From the NCBI RefSeq assembly GCF_030684315.1, contig NC_081375.1, positions 11,170,252-11,234,251 of the forward strand: DNA of 64,000 bases, given 5' to 3'. The translations under genes and the position numbers were made by a program. The DNA comes from Stegostoma tigrinum (Eukaryota). Numbering within the stretch: position 1 is the first letter of the stretch; the number at the start of each line of letters is the position of its first letter. The notes under the pieces are model-generated. The model was not told the origin of the DNA. It searched no databases and was given only the letters and a program-made list of their open reading frames with translations. This document shows positions 24,636-37,600 of the stretch, piece after piece.

Positions 24636-26157
24636 GTAGGAAGCGACCGCGGTTTTAACACACAAAAAAAACAGAAATGATAGGGGAAAAAAATGTTTCA
24701 TTTAAATCCAGAGAGAGAGGAAGGAAAAACAAATCATTTGTAGATTTTTATTTTGTTTTTTTTCTGGAAGTGCTTTTTTTAATATAAAACGTTCGGTTTG
24801 AATTTTGAACCGAGCGGCGCCATATTGGAGCCGTTATAGATTCGGTTTTTTTTCATTACTTTTTTAAAACAAAAATCTTTTAGCCCGCTAACTTTTTAAA
24901 ACAAACCCCGGGCCCCGCTGGCCACGAGTTATTTTTTTTCGTGAAAACGTCGGAGAATCGAGGAAGAAGGGATTGTTACACGGCGCCTCGTGATTTCTAC
25001 GGAGGAGGCTGACAAGCGGAAATTCGTGTTTTCGTTGCTAATAATTTGCTTTTAAACGTCCGTCCAAGTCTGTTGAGAGCTCGGAAATGTGATGGCGGCT
25101 CCCGAGCAGAGCCTGCGGTCGACACCGGAGCCGAATTCACCAGGAGCTTTAAAATGGCGGCCCGACCCGAAGCACAAAGATGTCGGGGAGGAGCGTGGGG
25201 ATCAGCAATCCTGCCGCAGTAATAATGCCCTCGCTCCCTTTGTGCTTCACACCGACGGATTTACAAAGGATGGACTGTTTGTAAGGACCACCTTTTGCCA
25301 CTTTACCACATCAAAAGTTCGATTGATTATTTGCACCGCATTTCTCGACGGCAGCTTCGCATCTCTGGTCACCTTTAACAGACTCCTGAATTGATCAGGA
25401 CTATTTCAAACTGCCTCTTTTTCTTTGGACTTTAATGAAACGTTCATACAAAAGTGAACCTTCTGCGAGCATATCCTTCGCTCGGTTGGTTACCTGGCAA
25501 GTCATGGACTTTTTTTTTGAAGGACTCTTGATCAGTTCTATTAAAAGGAACTTAGCTGATGCAAAGCGTTCCTTTGTTATGGACTCCTGCGCTGCCAAGA
25601 ATTTTGGACAGTGGAATGCATCTCGCTTGGAAGAGATGGAGGCGTTGCAGCTGTTTCTGCTGGAGAAGCTACCACCAGCTGAGGAGAATTTCACCAAAGT
25701 ATCTGGCTAGTGGCTATTAGAAGGAATCCAGGCTTTAGTTCGAGATGATGTGCTGTGGAAACAGTGGTAGGATAATAAGTGAATTCATTTCTCACCAAGT
25801 AAACAGTTGCATCTGATTTTCTATGCTTAATTTTCATCTATCATTGTGTGTACAGGACCACTTTATATGTTGCTAGCTTAGTGAACTGAGTACAAACATT
25901 TTAATTAGATACTAAATTATATTCAGTACATACGCACATGTCATTTTGTTAAATAGTTAACCCATTTCAGGTAAGGTCAGTGTATTTGTAATGAAACTCC
26001 CATGACAATCGCTGAAGCAAGTGACTCAGTCTTGCCTATAATATATTGTAAATATAGGGGGAGGGGAAAGATAGATAGGGTGGACATGTGAAATTAACCA
26101 ATGTATTGGGGTACAAAATGTAGGAAGTCAGCGAGGTATATCTCTATTTTCTTATAG

Positions 26158-26484
<327 letters not shown>

Positions 26485-28180
26485 TGAAGTGTGGTTTTTG
26501 TTATGTTACGTTGTTTTGGCTACTCTAAATATATGTCCAGCACCCCATCACCTGCAGATCCTAAAGTCTAGGTACTCTGGCCAATAAATCTGATGATCAG
26601 TTTGGTTTGATAAGATGATATACTGAGCCACTAAAAACTGTTCCTATCTAAATGCATTGTTTCAACCCCCTTTTATCAAACCATTTCCTTTCTCCAGAAG
26701 GAGCGGAATCCTCCTCCAAAACATCATCTCACTTGAATTTCATGTACCTTTTTATTCATTCCAGTATGTTGTCCTCAAAGACTTTTGAGTATCTTCTGCT
26801 TAATGCACTTCCAGGTTTTAATTGTTTCTAGACTTCAGACTTGTAGTTCCATGTCCCATGTCTGTCATTAGTCTTCAGAAATCTGACATGATTTAAATAT
26901 TAGCTGTTGAAGTAAATGGCCTTGACTCATTGCTTTGCTCTGAGTGGTCTTGCAGTTCTCATCAGTGGTGCTTTCCTATTGCCTCCTTGCCCTGCCATGT
27001 GTAAGAGAGACATGTTTTTCCCAAATTTACCATGACTGGAATGAGAACAGTATGTTAATATAATCCAGGGAAGCCATCCAATCTCCCTTTTTTTTTGAAG
27101 TTGTTGCTAACTAGACACTCAGCTTGTGAACCATTAACTTCCCTGCTGCAAACAACTGTCAGATTCTTTGAACATCATTCCTGTGGTACACTCTCTCTTT
27201 TGGAAAATTGGATGTTTGATTTTTTTAGCAGGGCTATTAGGCAATGATCCTTGTTTTATCAAATTAAGTTACAGGGTTATTCAGCTGGAGTTAAATATTT
27301 CAGTCGAAATTACTTGACCACAGAAGTCCACCTACAATTTTGTTTTAGTTGTGGATCACGTTGCTGATTTTCTTCCGGTTGCCTCGTGCCTTCCACTCAA
27401 CAAAATTGAGTTAGTGCCACATGTGTTCCTATTGACTTATTTAACTCTGCACTTACTGGCTTGCATTTTGTTCTTGATTTAAGTATTGCTTCAGATTTTT
27501 ATCCTTGATTTCCAAACAGCACCCACCCCGATCACTCTATTGCTGTAAACTCTGGAAATTGTCCTTCAACAGCTGTGCTTTTTGGAAGACTCCCCAAAAC
27601 ATTGCTCTTTGACCACATCTGGTCTCCAGCCCTAATGTCAGATGTCAAAATTTAACATTTGTGAAATACTTGGGATGTTTTGTTATGTGAAGGGCATTAT
27701 TACATACTGATGCCTGTAGCTGACATGAATATCATAACTGATATCAAATGACCTCAAACCCCATTTGTTTTCCTTTTTTAAAAGCAAGGTATTTTGTTAT
27801 AAGAATGTTGCCCCTTAACATAACTGTTAAAGCAGCATGTGTTCACATTTTGTTTGGGGGGGTTTTTGCAGTTTGTTAAAAGTAATTGTATGTTAACACT
27901 TTCTAGTCATTTGTTTTGAATGAGTTGTTTGTAGGAAAATAAAGCATATTCATTATCTACTGGCACTTGGGTATTTAAAACCAAGATATGTTTCTTGTGC
28001 TTTTAGTGGCTGCCTATAAGTCTCTTTTTAAGTTATTGTAAAAGATAAATGTGAAATACCATAAGAAATAGCATTGAATAGGAAAGCTAGCATCAAGAAC
28101 TTTGACTTCATTGGAATTAATTTCTTTGCCATGTTAGTGCTTCTACACCAGAGATGTGTTGCTGGGTCTGCTCACCTTAG

Positions 28181-28375
<195 letters not shown>

Positions 28376-29838
28376 TGAATTGGATAAAGAAATTGCAGCA
28401 TTTTAGTTTTAAAGTTGCAATCTCATTTTAAGTCATTAGCTTAACAGTATGTAGATCCTGAAAACATCTTCACTTTTTAGTGAAATTTACAGATGAATGC
28501 TGTTAAATTAGTTGAATGTTATAAAAATATCACTTACGTGAGGTGTTATTCTGTCCAAGGTGCAATACACATTTTAACAATTATAGTGTCTTTCAGCTTG
28601 CAAGCCCCCACCCCGACCAGTGTATGTTTTCAGGATTTAACTGTCTTTTTGTTCAAATTGCAAATATCTGATTAACGCAGCCCAGATCTCGTTTTCCTTG
28701 TATTTTGATTCTCCTATCTGTACAAACCAACATTTGGGTTCGTAGACGCGCATACGATCAACGCTGTGGGTTACCTTCCTGATTGGAGGAAAAAGCTGTT
28801 TGGTGCCATATTTTTACTGTGGCATGAATAGTTGGAATTAAGAATATCTACTTGGTGCCTCTAAAATGCTGTCTTTTGATCTTCTGGTTTTATTGACACT
28901 TTTCTTGGGTTTGTTAATGACTTGGTCTGCTTAACTTACAGCTGGCTCACTACTCACCTGTCATGTACCGTAAAATGCAGTCCCATTCACTTCAAGGGAA
29001 GGAAATCTGTCATACTTGCATCTCTTTACATGTGATCTCCCACCCATGATAATGGCTGACTGTTTGCTGCCCTTTGATCTCATAAGACACTCAGTTCAAG
29101 GGAATTTGGGAGTGGGCATGAAATACTGGCCTCGTCAGTGATATGCAAATCCTTTCCTCAAAAATGGAGCAATCTCTGTGACCTTGTAGTTTTTTGTATA
29201 TTTTGTTGAATGTGGGTGCCAGTAGTAATACTGATATTTATTGTCTTTCCCTAATTACCCTTGAAATGAGTGGCATGCTGAGGGAGTTGTTATACGATTG
29301 ACTACATCTGTAGGTTTGGAGTCATATGCTGATGAGATCAAACAAGTATGGCAAGTTTCCTTTCGGAAACAGCATTAGTGACCCAGACTGGCTGTTATAA
29401 AACTGAATTTTGTGGTCACATTCGTCTGCAAGAAATTCTTTATTTAAGTTGCCTGGCTCCCAATTAGTTGAGCATTCTTTTGACTCTTTCAACCAGTTCT
29501 CTTGTGTCCTTCTGACTTCCTTCCAAAATGGCTTCCCCATCTCTGCTTCTCTATCAGCAGAAAAATAAGAGGCAACAATCTGTGATTAGCAGAGTGGTTC
29601 CTTGGATCTAGTTATTCTACTGTGTGTGTGTACACAGCGGTAGGTTTCATGATTTTAAGATATCCTCCCCACTCAACCCCCTCCCAGCAAAAAAAACTGC
29701 TATAACAAGCAAAAACAGCTCTAGCCAGACTCGCTGCAAAAGGAGTTTCTGTAAATGATCTGATGTTACTTTGTTCATGGAAGTGGTTTCCTACTAAAAT
29801 TGCCAACTGACAAAATATGTTTGTCTCTTTGGGTAAAG

Positions 29839-29902
29839 GACGACCAATGAACATTCAACTGGTTACCTCACAAATTGATGCCCAAAGGAGACCACTTGTT
29901 AG
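29839..29902 (+). CDS. ALYREF: ALYREF exon 4 (GRPMNIQLVTSQIDAQRRPLV)
   Basis: aag acceptor and gtgagt donor; 64 nt; frame continuous with exons 3 and 5. Confidence 0.96.
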
Positions 29903-30088
29903 GTGAGTTGCCCCCTTGGTCAGTTTTTACATTTGTTAAATTTTGAATTCAAAGATGTAACTCTTACGTGGGGTTATCTTAAGATTGTAAGGAAAACACT
30001 GAGGTAGCACTGTCAAGTCGGCTCATTGAAGTGACGATTTTACCATGCTTGTCTTGTAACCACTTGTTTTTCCTTTCCAATATTGTAG

Positions 30089-30248
30089 TGGAAACAGAGG
30101 TTTAAATCGATCTCGCGGTGCTTTTGGGAGTGGAAACAGGCGATCCAGAGGCAGCAACAGGGGTGGGAGAGGTCGTGGGGGAAGGAATCCAAGGCAGCAG
30201 CTTTCAGCAGAAGAACTGGATGCCCAATTGGATGCTTATAATGCCAGG
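30089..30248 (+). CDS. ALYREF: ALYREF exon 5 (second RGG region and C-terminal [19 protein letters not shown])
   Basis: ttgtag acceptor and gtaaga donor; 160 nt; REF-C motif. Confidence 0.97.
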
Positions 30249-31453
30249 GTAAGACAGGTAGTAGGTTTGTCTCAATTGTTGAAGCAGCCTTTGACTCTTA
30301 ATACTTCATTCCATCCTAGATTAATACCAATCTATTGGAGTGATCTAAATCTGTCGCCAAGAGTCCTTCCTGTATTATGTTTATGCAGTCTATCTTCCTG
30401 TTTCTTAAATCTGACTGCTGTTATGCTGACCGATTGGAGTTTGAGCTGAACCATACAGCCTGAGGCTCCTGGAGTTTAATTGCATGCTTCTCGCTCAGTA
30501 GTAAAAGTGCTACTGTTGGCTGTGTACAAGTGGAGTAGAAATTATCACTCTTCAGAAGAAATTGAAGATGACTTTGAGAGGATAGTAAGATTGAAGTTGG
30601 GCTAATAGTTCTGGGAACAAATCTATTGAGGTCAGGGGACCTTGGTGGGAAGGGCTTCACTAATTGCATTTGAGATTGCAAAATTTTTGACTTGAAAGTG
30701 GCAGTGATGAGACTTTGTTCAAAAGGCCGTGAATTGGCTTTGATAAGTTATATGTTGGATACTTTAATTTCTTGTGTGCTATTACTTGAATTTTGAAGCT
30801 GGCTGAAAGAACTTAGAAAACAGCTGGAGCAGGGTGGGAGAATATTTTAATTTGGTATTAAAGGGCAAACTGAGCATTCCAGATGGAAGATGGCTTGTTT
30901 CTGAAGTAGGCCTTTACTGGTGAAGCTGACTTGTAGGATTGGTGAAAGAAATAAGTAGCAGTGTGAAGCTTTTGGAGGTGGAAGTGCATCTTGGGAGTCA
31001 GATAAGGCATTTAAAGTTGGGAGACAACCAGTCATGTGTCTCCAGATAGGTTTCATGTTGAAAGCCTGTGGGTAGAATTGGTTTCCTTGTGGTGAATGTA
31101 AGTAGGGTGAGGAAGGGTACCTGAATTGATTTGGCCTGTGGAAATGAAAAGTCACATTAGAAGTTGTATACTGATCTGGTAAGGTATCAAAGTCAACGGG
31201 TTTACTTTTTGTTTAAGCAGTTCTAACACCAGTGGGAACAGTCAAATGCATTTGATCACCAGTTGAGATGAACTGATCTGTCGTGGGGTGGCAGGAGTGT
31301 GACTTCGTTGTACCGTGTGCTGTCTTGTGGAGATGAGTCGTGTGAATTTTCTGAATGTTCTGCCTATATTTCAGTAAAACAGTCAAAGCTCTTTTTTAAT
31401 GTTTGTTAAAAATATTGGTGTGCTGAACATCTTAATTGTTTTATTTCTTGCAG

Positions 31454-31468
31454 ATGGATACAAGTTAA
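31454..31468 (+). CDS. ALYREF: ALYREF exon 6 coding part (MDTS-stop)
   Basis: tttcttgcag|ATGGATACAAGTTAA; matches the vertebrate C-terminus MDTS; the six exons sum to 810 nt = 269 aa + stop. Confidence 0.95.
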   Translation: MDTS

Positions 31469-31681
31469 GTGACCTTGAAATTGACTCACCAGTGGCTGAA
31501 TTTTTTTTCCTTATGGGAGGGAGACAAACAATGTAGTCTAGTAACTCCGTGAAATAGGTTTTTAAATATATGTAACTTTTTAAGTCACAGTCCTGTTTTG
31601 TACTGAATGTTTTCATTTTGGGATACGTTTTATTGGTTGCATGCCTTCATGGGAGGATGGACTTGCCCCGCCAGACCATGA

Positions 31682-31687
31682 AATAAA
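31682..31687 (+). terminator. Probable proximal ALYREF polyadenylation signal
   Basis: AATAAA about 215 nt after the stop, followed by U/GU-rich sequence. Confidence 0.65.
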
Positions 31688-34600
31688 TGCGCATTGTTAA
31701 CTGAATGTATCTGGCTTTCTTGTCTCATTATGCAACTTGGAGGGCTATCTATGAATTGAAGTTGCTGTAACAACATATTTTAAGATGCATCTTTGTATTA
31801 TTTGAATGTTAGACAGTGATATACAGGACATGGCTAAAGATTTGATTAGTTGTCCTGTTAACACTAAATATGCTAATGGGCATTTACCTATTGGAACTGG
31901 TTACTCAATCTAAATCTGGAACTAATTTGTCAAGAATACTAATATTCAAGTGTGATGGGAACATGGATATTTAAACTTTAGTTCATTTCATTGATTGTTT
32001 GAAGATCCTCAGTTTCTAGCTTGAATGTTGCAGTCTGGCAAATCATATGAAACTTGTTAGATTCTGCAAGAACAAAAACTGTTTCAAGTTTAATTGCAAC
32101 GTACCCAGAGAGGGTACTCCTGGGGTTTTCATTAAGTATGTAGATGTTTCTGTATTAATTTGTCAATACTCACCTTTTTTAAATGTCAAAATCCTTTTTA
32201 TTGGGACATAGATTTGTTAAATTAGCTGGTTGCTTTTTGGACTTAACTTTTTTTTCTTGGAATGCATGGGCTTTCCTATTTCAAGCATTTTCTACCTGAT
32301 CTACTTAGTGGTTTTTTTTAATTGATCTCTGACAAGTTGATGCTATATTGGAAAAACTTACAGACTTAGTTTAATTCCTATCTGTAACCGAATGCATCAA
32401 CAGTTTTCTAAATGTGAATTGCAATCTGTCCACTTGCCCTCATTTTGGGGAAAGACAGGAAATCAGTATTCAGATGCAAAGTATCATTGATAAACCTTTT
32501 TTAGCTGATGGTTTATCTTTTTTTTTCAAGCTTTTGAAGGCAAGTTGTATCATTGAACAACTTTATGAAGTGTTTGTACTCAAACTGCTTTTTGATTTTT
32601 ATCTGCACAATATATTATGGCTTTGTATTTCCATCACTTATTGCTGTGTTAGTGTTATATTGTAGTTCTGAAAGATATGTACGCTTCAAATGGTCTGCAG
32701 TCACTCATCCTGTGAAATGGCTGAAGCTGAAGACTTCCAGCAGTTGACTAACTTCAGTGTCACCCACTTGGCTAGAGATCAGTTGCATATTGTAAAACAA
32801 TCATTAAGTTTAGAACTTCTGCTAAACCGTGATCAATTTTGCCAAAAAAATTTAGGGGCAGTTTGTGACCCAATATCCTCCAAGCTCTTGACTACTGGTA
32901 GGGAAATGAGTTTTACACTGTCACTTTTCATTTTGGGAATCATTTTGTCTTGGGAAAGCAGTGCAGGATTTCTGAAACACCGTATTCAACGGATGTATTT
33001 CCAACATTTTTCTATTTGGAAACATTGGACACAAAACGTATGACAGATTCACAGATTACACTGGTAAATGTGCTAATTCTGCTACCTGCTAATGCCAGCT
33101 GAAATAAATTTCACGTTTTTTAAAGAAGTTGGATGTTTGTAATATGACTGTCTGCACTACACATGATTGTTTGCTGTCAGTGCTTGGTAATAAATATATG
33201 TTTCTACCCTCACTGAATATATAAGCAAAGGCACTATTGATTGTAAACATGCAGTGTTAAAAAACACTGGCTGAAGGAGAGGACCATTCTCTTGTGTTCA
33301 GAACAAGAAAGGTAAGCAAGGCTTTGTTTCTTTTCCCCCAACCCCAGTCCAGTACTTTCATGTCTACATACCTGTGCTTTGAGAGTTTTAACCATCTCTC
33401 TTCCGTTGATTGCTGATCCATTAAATTGATGTGAAAATGATGAATTTAATGGTGATTGCCTTGGTTAAGTTGAGGAAATATTTGAACTATCATGTTCAGT
33501 AATAACTCCTATATATTCAGACTTTTGTCTCTGGCAATGGAAAAGGTTAAGCAGCAGGAGGATCTTGGATCAGATATCTAATCCAAAGTCACCAAAAATG
33601 CAAAACAAAACACTGGGGATTTCCAAATGAGGAATGCTGGGAGCAATCTGTACAGAAGCAAAGGCAGCAATGCAACATGAGATTGAAAGTTAAGGACTAG
33701 TCACTAACAGTAAGTGGCGGTGGGGAATGATTCCTCAGACCTGGTTCGGGAAAGTACTGTATTTCCTGATTTGTGCTTTGTAGAACCTTAGGTGATGCAT
33801 CTGAAGGATTTCTACGTAATGAAGAAAACTGGGTATCTTACGACTAATGCCTTTGATTTGATAACATGTTATTGGTACATGTCACGTAGCACTCTGGGCT
33901 ATTTGAGTTCACGTTCCAGACAATCCACTGCAATATTGGCACACTAAGATGTTAAGCTTAGCTAGTTTACATTTTTAAAGCAAAATCCATGACTTTATTT
34001 TAAAGTTGTGAAGTTCTCCCTGGTGTCATGGCTAATATTTAATCCTTCAGTCAATTAGAAATATTCACATTAATGTCACATTGTAGGAGTTAGCTGCCTT
34101 GTTTGCTACATTACCACAGTAGCTACACTTCTTAAAAGAAGTTCTTCATCATCCACTATTAGTTCTTAGACAAGCGACATGAGCTTGGGAATGGTGCTAT
34201 ATAAATGCTCATCAGTTTGATTTAATTTCCTGAGCTGGTATATTGAGACTGCCTTAAACTCAAAAGGATAGCTAGTTTAACTTCAAAGGCCAAAGTGACT
34301 TCATGTCCTGTGGTATATAACAGGTTATGGGCTGCAAATCTTGCTGATGCCCAACTTTGCTCAGTCTGGCTAGAATAATATTAACTGAAATGAAAGTCTG
34401 CCACTTTCTTACAAACTGGTAGCTTAAGATACTCTAGTGCAAGTCAGCAGATACTTTCTGTAATGGGTTATACAAAATCAGGGATGATGAGGTGGTGGAG
34501 CTCCCTGTTAGTTCACCAGATGACTTCATATGGTCTAAAATAATTCTGATCATGTGATTTCAAAAACGTACTTCAATCCTGTCTGGCAGGAATAGATCTA

Positions 34601-37600
34601 TTTGAATTTGACTTCTGAACGTGAAATGTTTTGCAAACCTTTTCAACATGGTTAAAAATAGAAGCAAGCAATATCTGACCTAGTCAAAGTACTGGGCTTG
34701 TACAAGTACTAAGTGCCTAGTCAAGCAAATGTGCTTTAATTGGGAGGAAAGCCATAACATTACTTTTTAAAGTTGGCTTAATCATTGGTCAACGGTTTTC
34801 ATTACGTCACTAGAGATTTTTGCATCTAAGGCTTTCACATAAGTTTAAGTATTTTCTAACTTAATAACAATTATACCATGTTACACAATTCTACAGATCT
34901 GTTGATGCTCCAGACAAAATGTTCATTTGTTTGTTTCTTGCTGTACAACAGAGTAGGAGACACTTATTCCAATTTTCCCTCTTGCTGCTTAGCTCAGGTT
35001 CCAGAATGAACCCCCAGTGCTGTCAATTGCTAAATATTTAATAAAAGAATTGTCACTTCAGCAATTTGGCACAAATCAAATTTGCAAAGGCACCAAACAA
35101 TTTTATCAATCAATGCATAAACTGTCAATCCTTCCTCTGGTCATTTCATTCTGTAATCACCCTGTATGATTTTTAAGAAGCAATACATAATTTATTTCCA
35201 TCTGAGTAAATGGTGAACCCAAACATGTTTGTTTGTGCACTATATTCCAGTGCTATATAGGTCTTTTGAAATCTGGAAGGATAATTTCTGCTTGCATCCT
35301 GTTGGTGAGCTAGATTTTTGAAACAGGATTGTCTGCTGAACTGATGTAATTTGGCTGTCTTTTGAGCTTTGTGATTTTAAGAAATGTTCCCTGCAAGCCT
35401 TGTAGGTTTGTACTTTGCCAGTTTGATGGCATGATGTTTTAGAAAAGTGTTCTTTGTTTCTTTCCATTATGGTAATAAAAGCTGTTTCAACTACCAACAA
35501 TCTGCTTTGAAGAGCTGGCACCTCTTCCAGAAGATATTGATATTGATGGAACTTTTTAAATTACATTTATTTGTAATTCATTACAAATAGTCTATTCTTG
35601 GGTACTTTCCCCTTTTTTTCATGCAACTGAGTGCATGCATGCACCTTTAAAATAGCATGCTATATCAAAGTGGTTTTATAATGGAACCTTTTGATATCAT
35701 TGAAGCCCCTTTTTATTATAATAGCAGTTCTATGAACAAAGTGTTTTTTTTTTGAAGGGTAGATGTACAAGTTACTTGTCCATGATTAGTCAAAATCAAA
35801 GTGTTTTTGTGTAATAATACCGTGGTTGCTTGCTGCTACAGTTTCTGCAGAGACCAAAGATGGTGAAATTTCCAGGGATGGCTGGAAGGATTATTTACAA
35901 ATTTAAATGTTTTTTGTCTGTGAAATTCTTGAAATGGGAATTACCTTTCTACTCCAAATATTAATTGGACTGCGTAAGGAGCATTGAGGAAACCATTCAG
36001 CCTATCAAATCTACTTTGCCATTGAATTAGATTTTTAAAATTTATCAGCCTCAGTTATTATCCTGTTATCACATATCTATCCATTTTGTTTTTTTAGTAT
36101 CAACTATTGTCTAACTCGGAGTTCCCTCAGCTGTCTCTATCAAATGGCCTCTTGCTTGTTCTGAGACTCTTTGTCTAAACTAAGCATTCAGGGGAACCAT
36201 CCTGTCTTAATTACATTGTCCCACCCTATAAGAATTTTGAAGATTTACGTTTTAATTAGGTCTTTCCTCAAAGCTCAATTCAAGTCTAGTTTCTTAATTT
36301 TCAATACAAAACTCACCATCTCAGGAATTAAATAGTGAACTGATGTAGTACTAGCTCTATAGCAAATCTATTCTTTCAACCAAAACTCTGCCATAGACTA
36401 TAAGATGAGACAAAGGAGTAGATGTAGACTGTTGAGCTCATAGTCTGCTCTGTTGTTCAGTAAAATGACTGATCTGAGCGTTCTCAATTCAGCTATCCTG
36501 CCTTTTCCTTAACACTTCATTTACTTAACTGACTTTAAAAATTAGCCCATCTCCACTTTCAACATATTCAATTACCCAACCTCAACAGCCCTATGCAGTG
36601 AATAATTTCCATAGTTTCGCAACCTTTGAGGAAGTTCTTTTGTGTGCAAACCTTTTGACGAGATTATGCCCTTGGGTCCTAGAGTCTCTCATTATGAGAA
36701 ACAAACTCTTCTACATTTTTTTGTGGCCCAGTCCTTTGAAAATCTTGTTTCAAAATGGTTGCCTCTTATTCTTCTATGTTTCAGCTAATATAGTCCCAGT
36801 TCACGATTAGTGCCTTTATATAGATTTAGCAAAGTTTCCCACTTTTTATAGAAAAACTAAACTGTAGGTGCTGTAAATCGGGAACAAAAACAAGTTGCTA
36901 GAAAAGCTCAGCAGGTCTAGCAGCATCTGTGAAGGAGAAAATAATCAGTTACTATTTTGAGTCCAGTGAAATGTCCTCAAGTGAGTTGCGTTTCACTGGA
37001 CTCTAAACATTTAACTGGGTGGGTTTTTCCCCCCTCTCTTCACAGATGCAGTCAGACCCGCCAAGCTTTTCCAGCAACTTGTTTTCTTCCCATCTTTTTA
37101 TACTTGCATTCCCTTCAAAAATGCCTAATATTTGCCTATCACCTGCTGAATTTAGATGCTAACTTTGAGAGCTTACAAATCCTCCTGGTGTTTTCTGCAT
37201 TTAAATCCATCTCCCCTCTTCCTGCCAAATTGCATAGCCTCACTTTCTCCATATTATATTCCATCTCCTACAATTTTATCCTTAACCTCATTCATAAAAT
37301 GATTTGGATAATGCACAAGACTCCCATGTGCAATCTCAAGCCCAGTGAGACATCTTTGCTCCAGTAATCAATTATGTTGAAAGCCAATATGTTGAGCTTT
37401 CATAATTGCTGCACCTGCTTACTAGTTTTGTAGCTCAAAAGCACCTAGATCATTTGGACATCACCAGTTCCCAACCTCTTACTGGAAGAAATGCTGTTGT
37501 CTTCTCACTTGATGTATACTTGCCCAGTAATCTGGCATATCCAAGCCTTGCATTTTTTTTTTTTGCACAACTTGCATTCACCTCTAGGCCCTCACCAAAT

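Noticed and set aside
24290-24701. Overlapping Arg/Trp-rich and Pro-rich ORFs
   Set aside because: Alternative-frame and antisense shadows of the Gly-rich ALYREF exon 1.
25089-25710. ORFs of 91-101 aa in ALYREF intron 1
   Set aside because: No recognisable homology or supporting splice structure; compatible with chance in GC-rich DNA.
30704-30806. C box and D box pair in ALYREF intron 5
   Set aside because: No terminal stem and no recognisable guide.
34478-34560. Box C/D snoRNA-like segment (ATGATGA...CTGA)
   Set aside because: Terminal stem is offset, the short rRNA-like complementarity does not cover the D+5 position, and it is not in a demonstrated intron.
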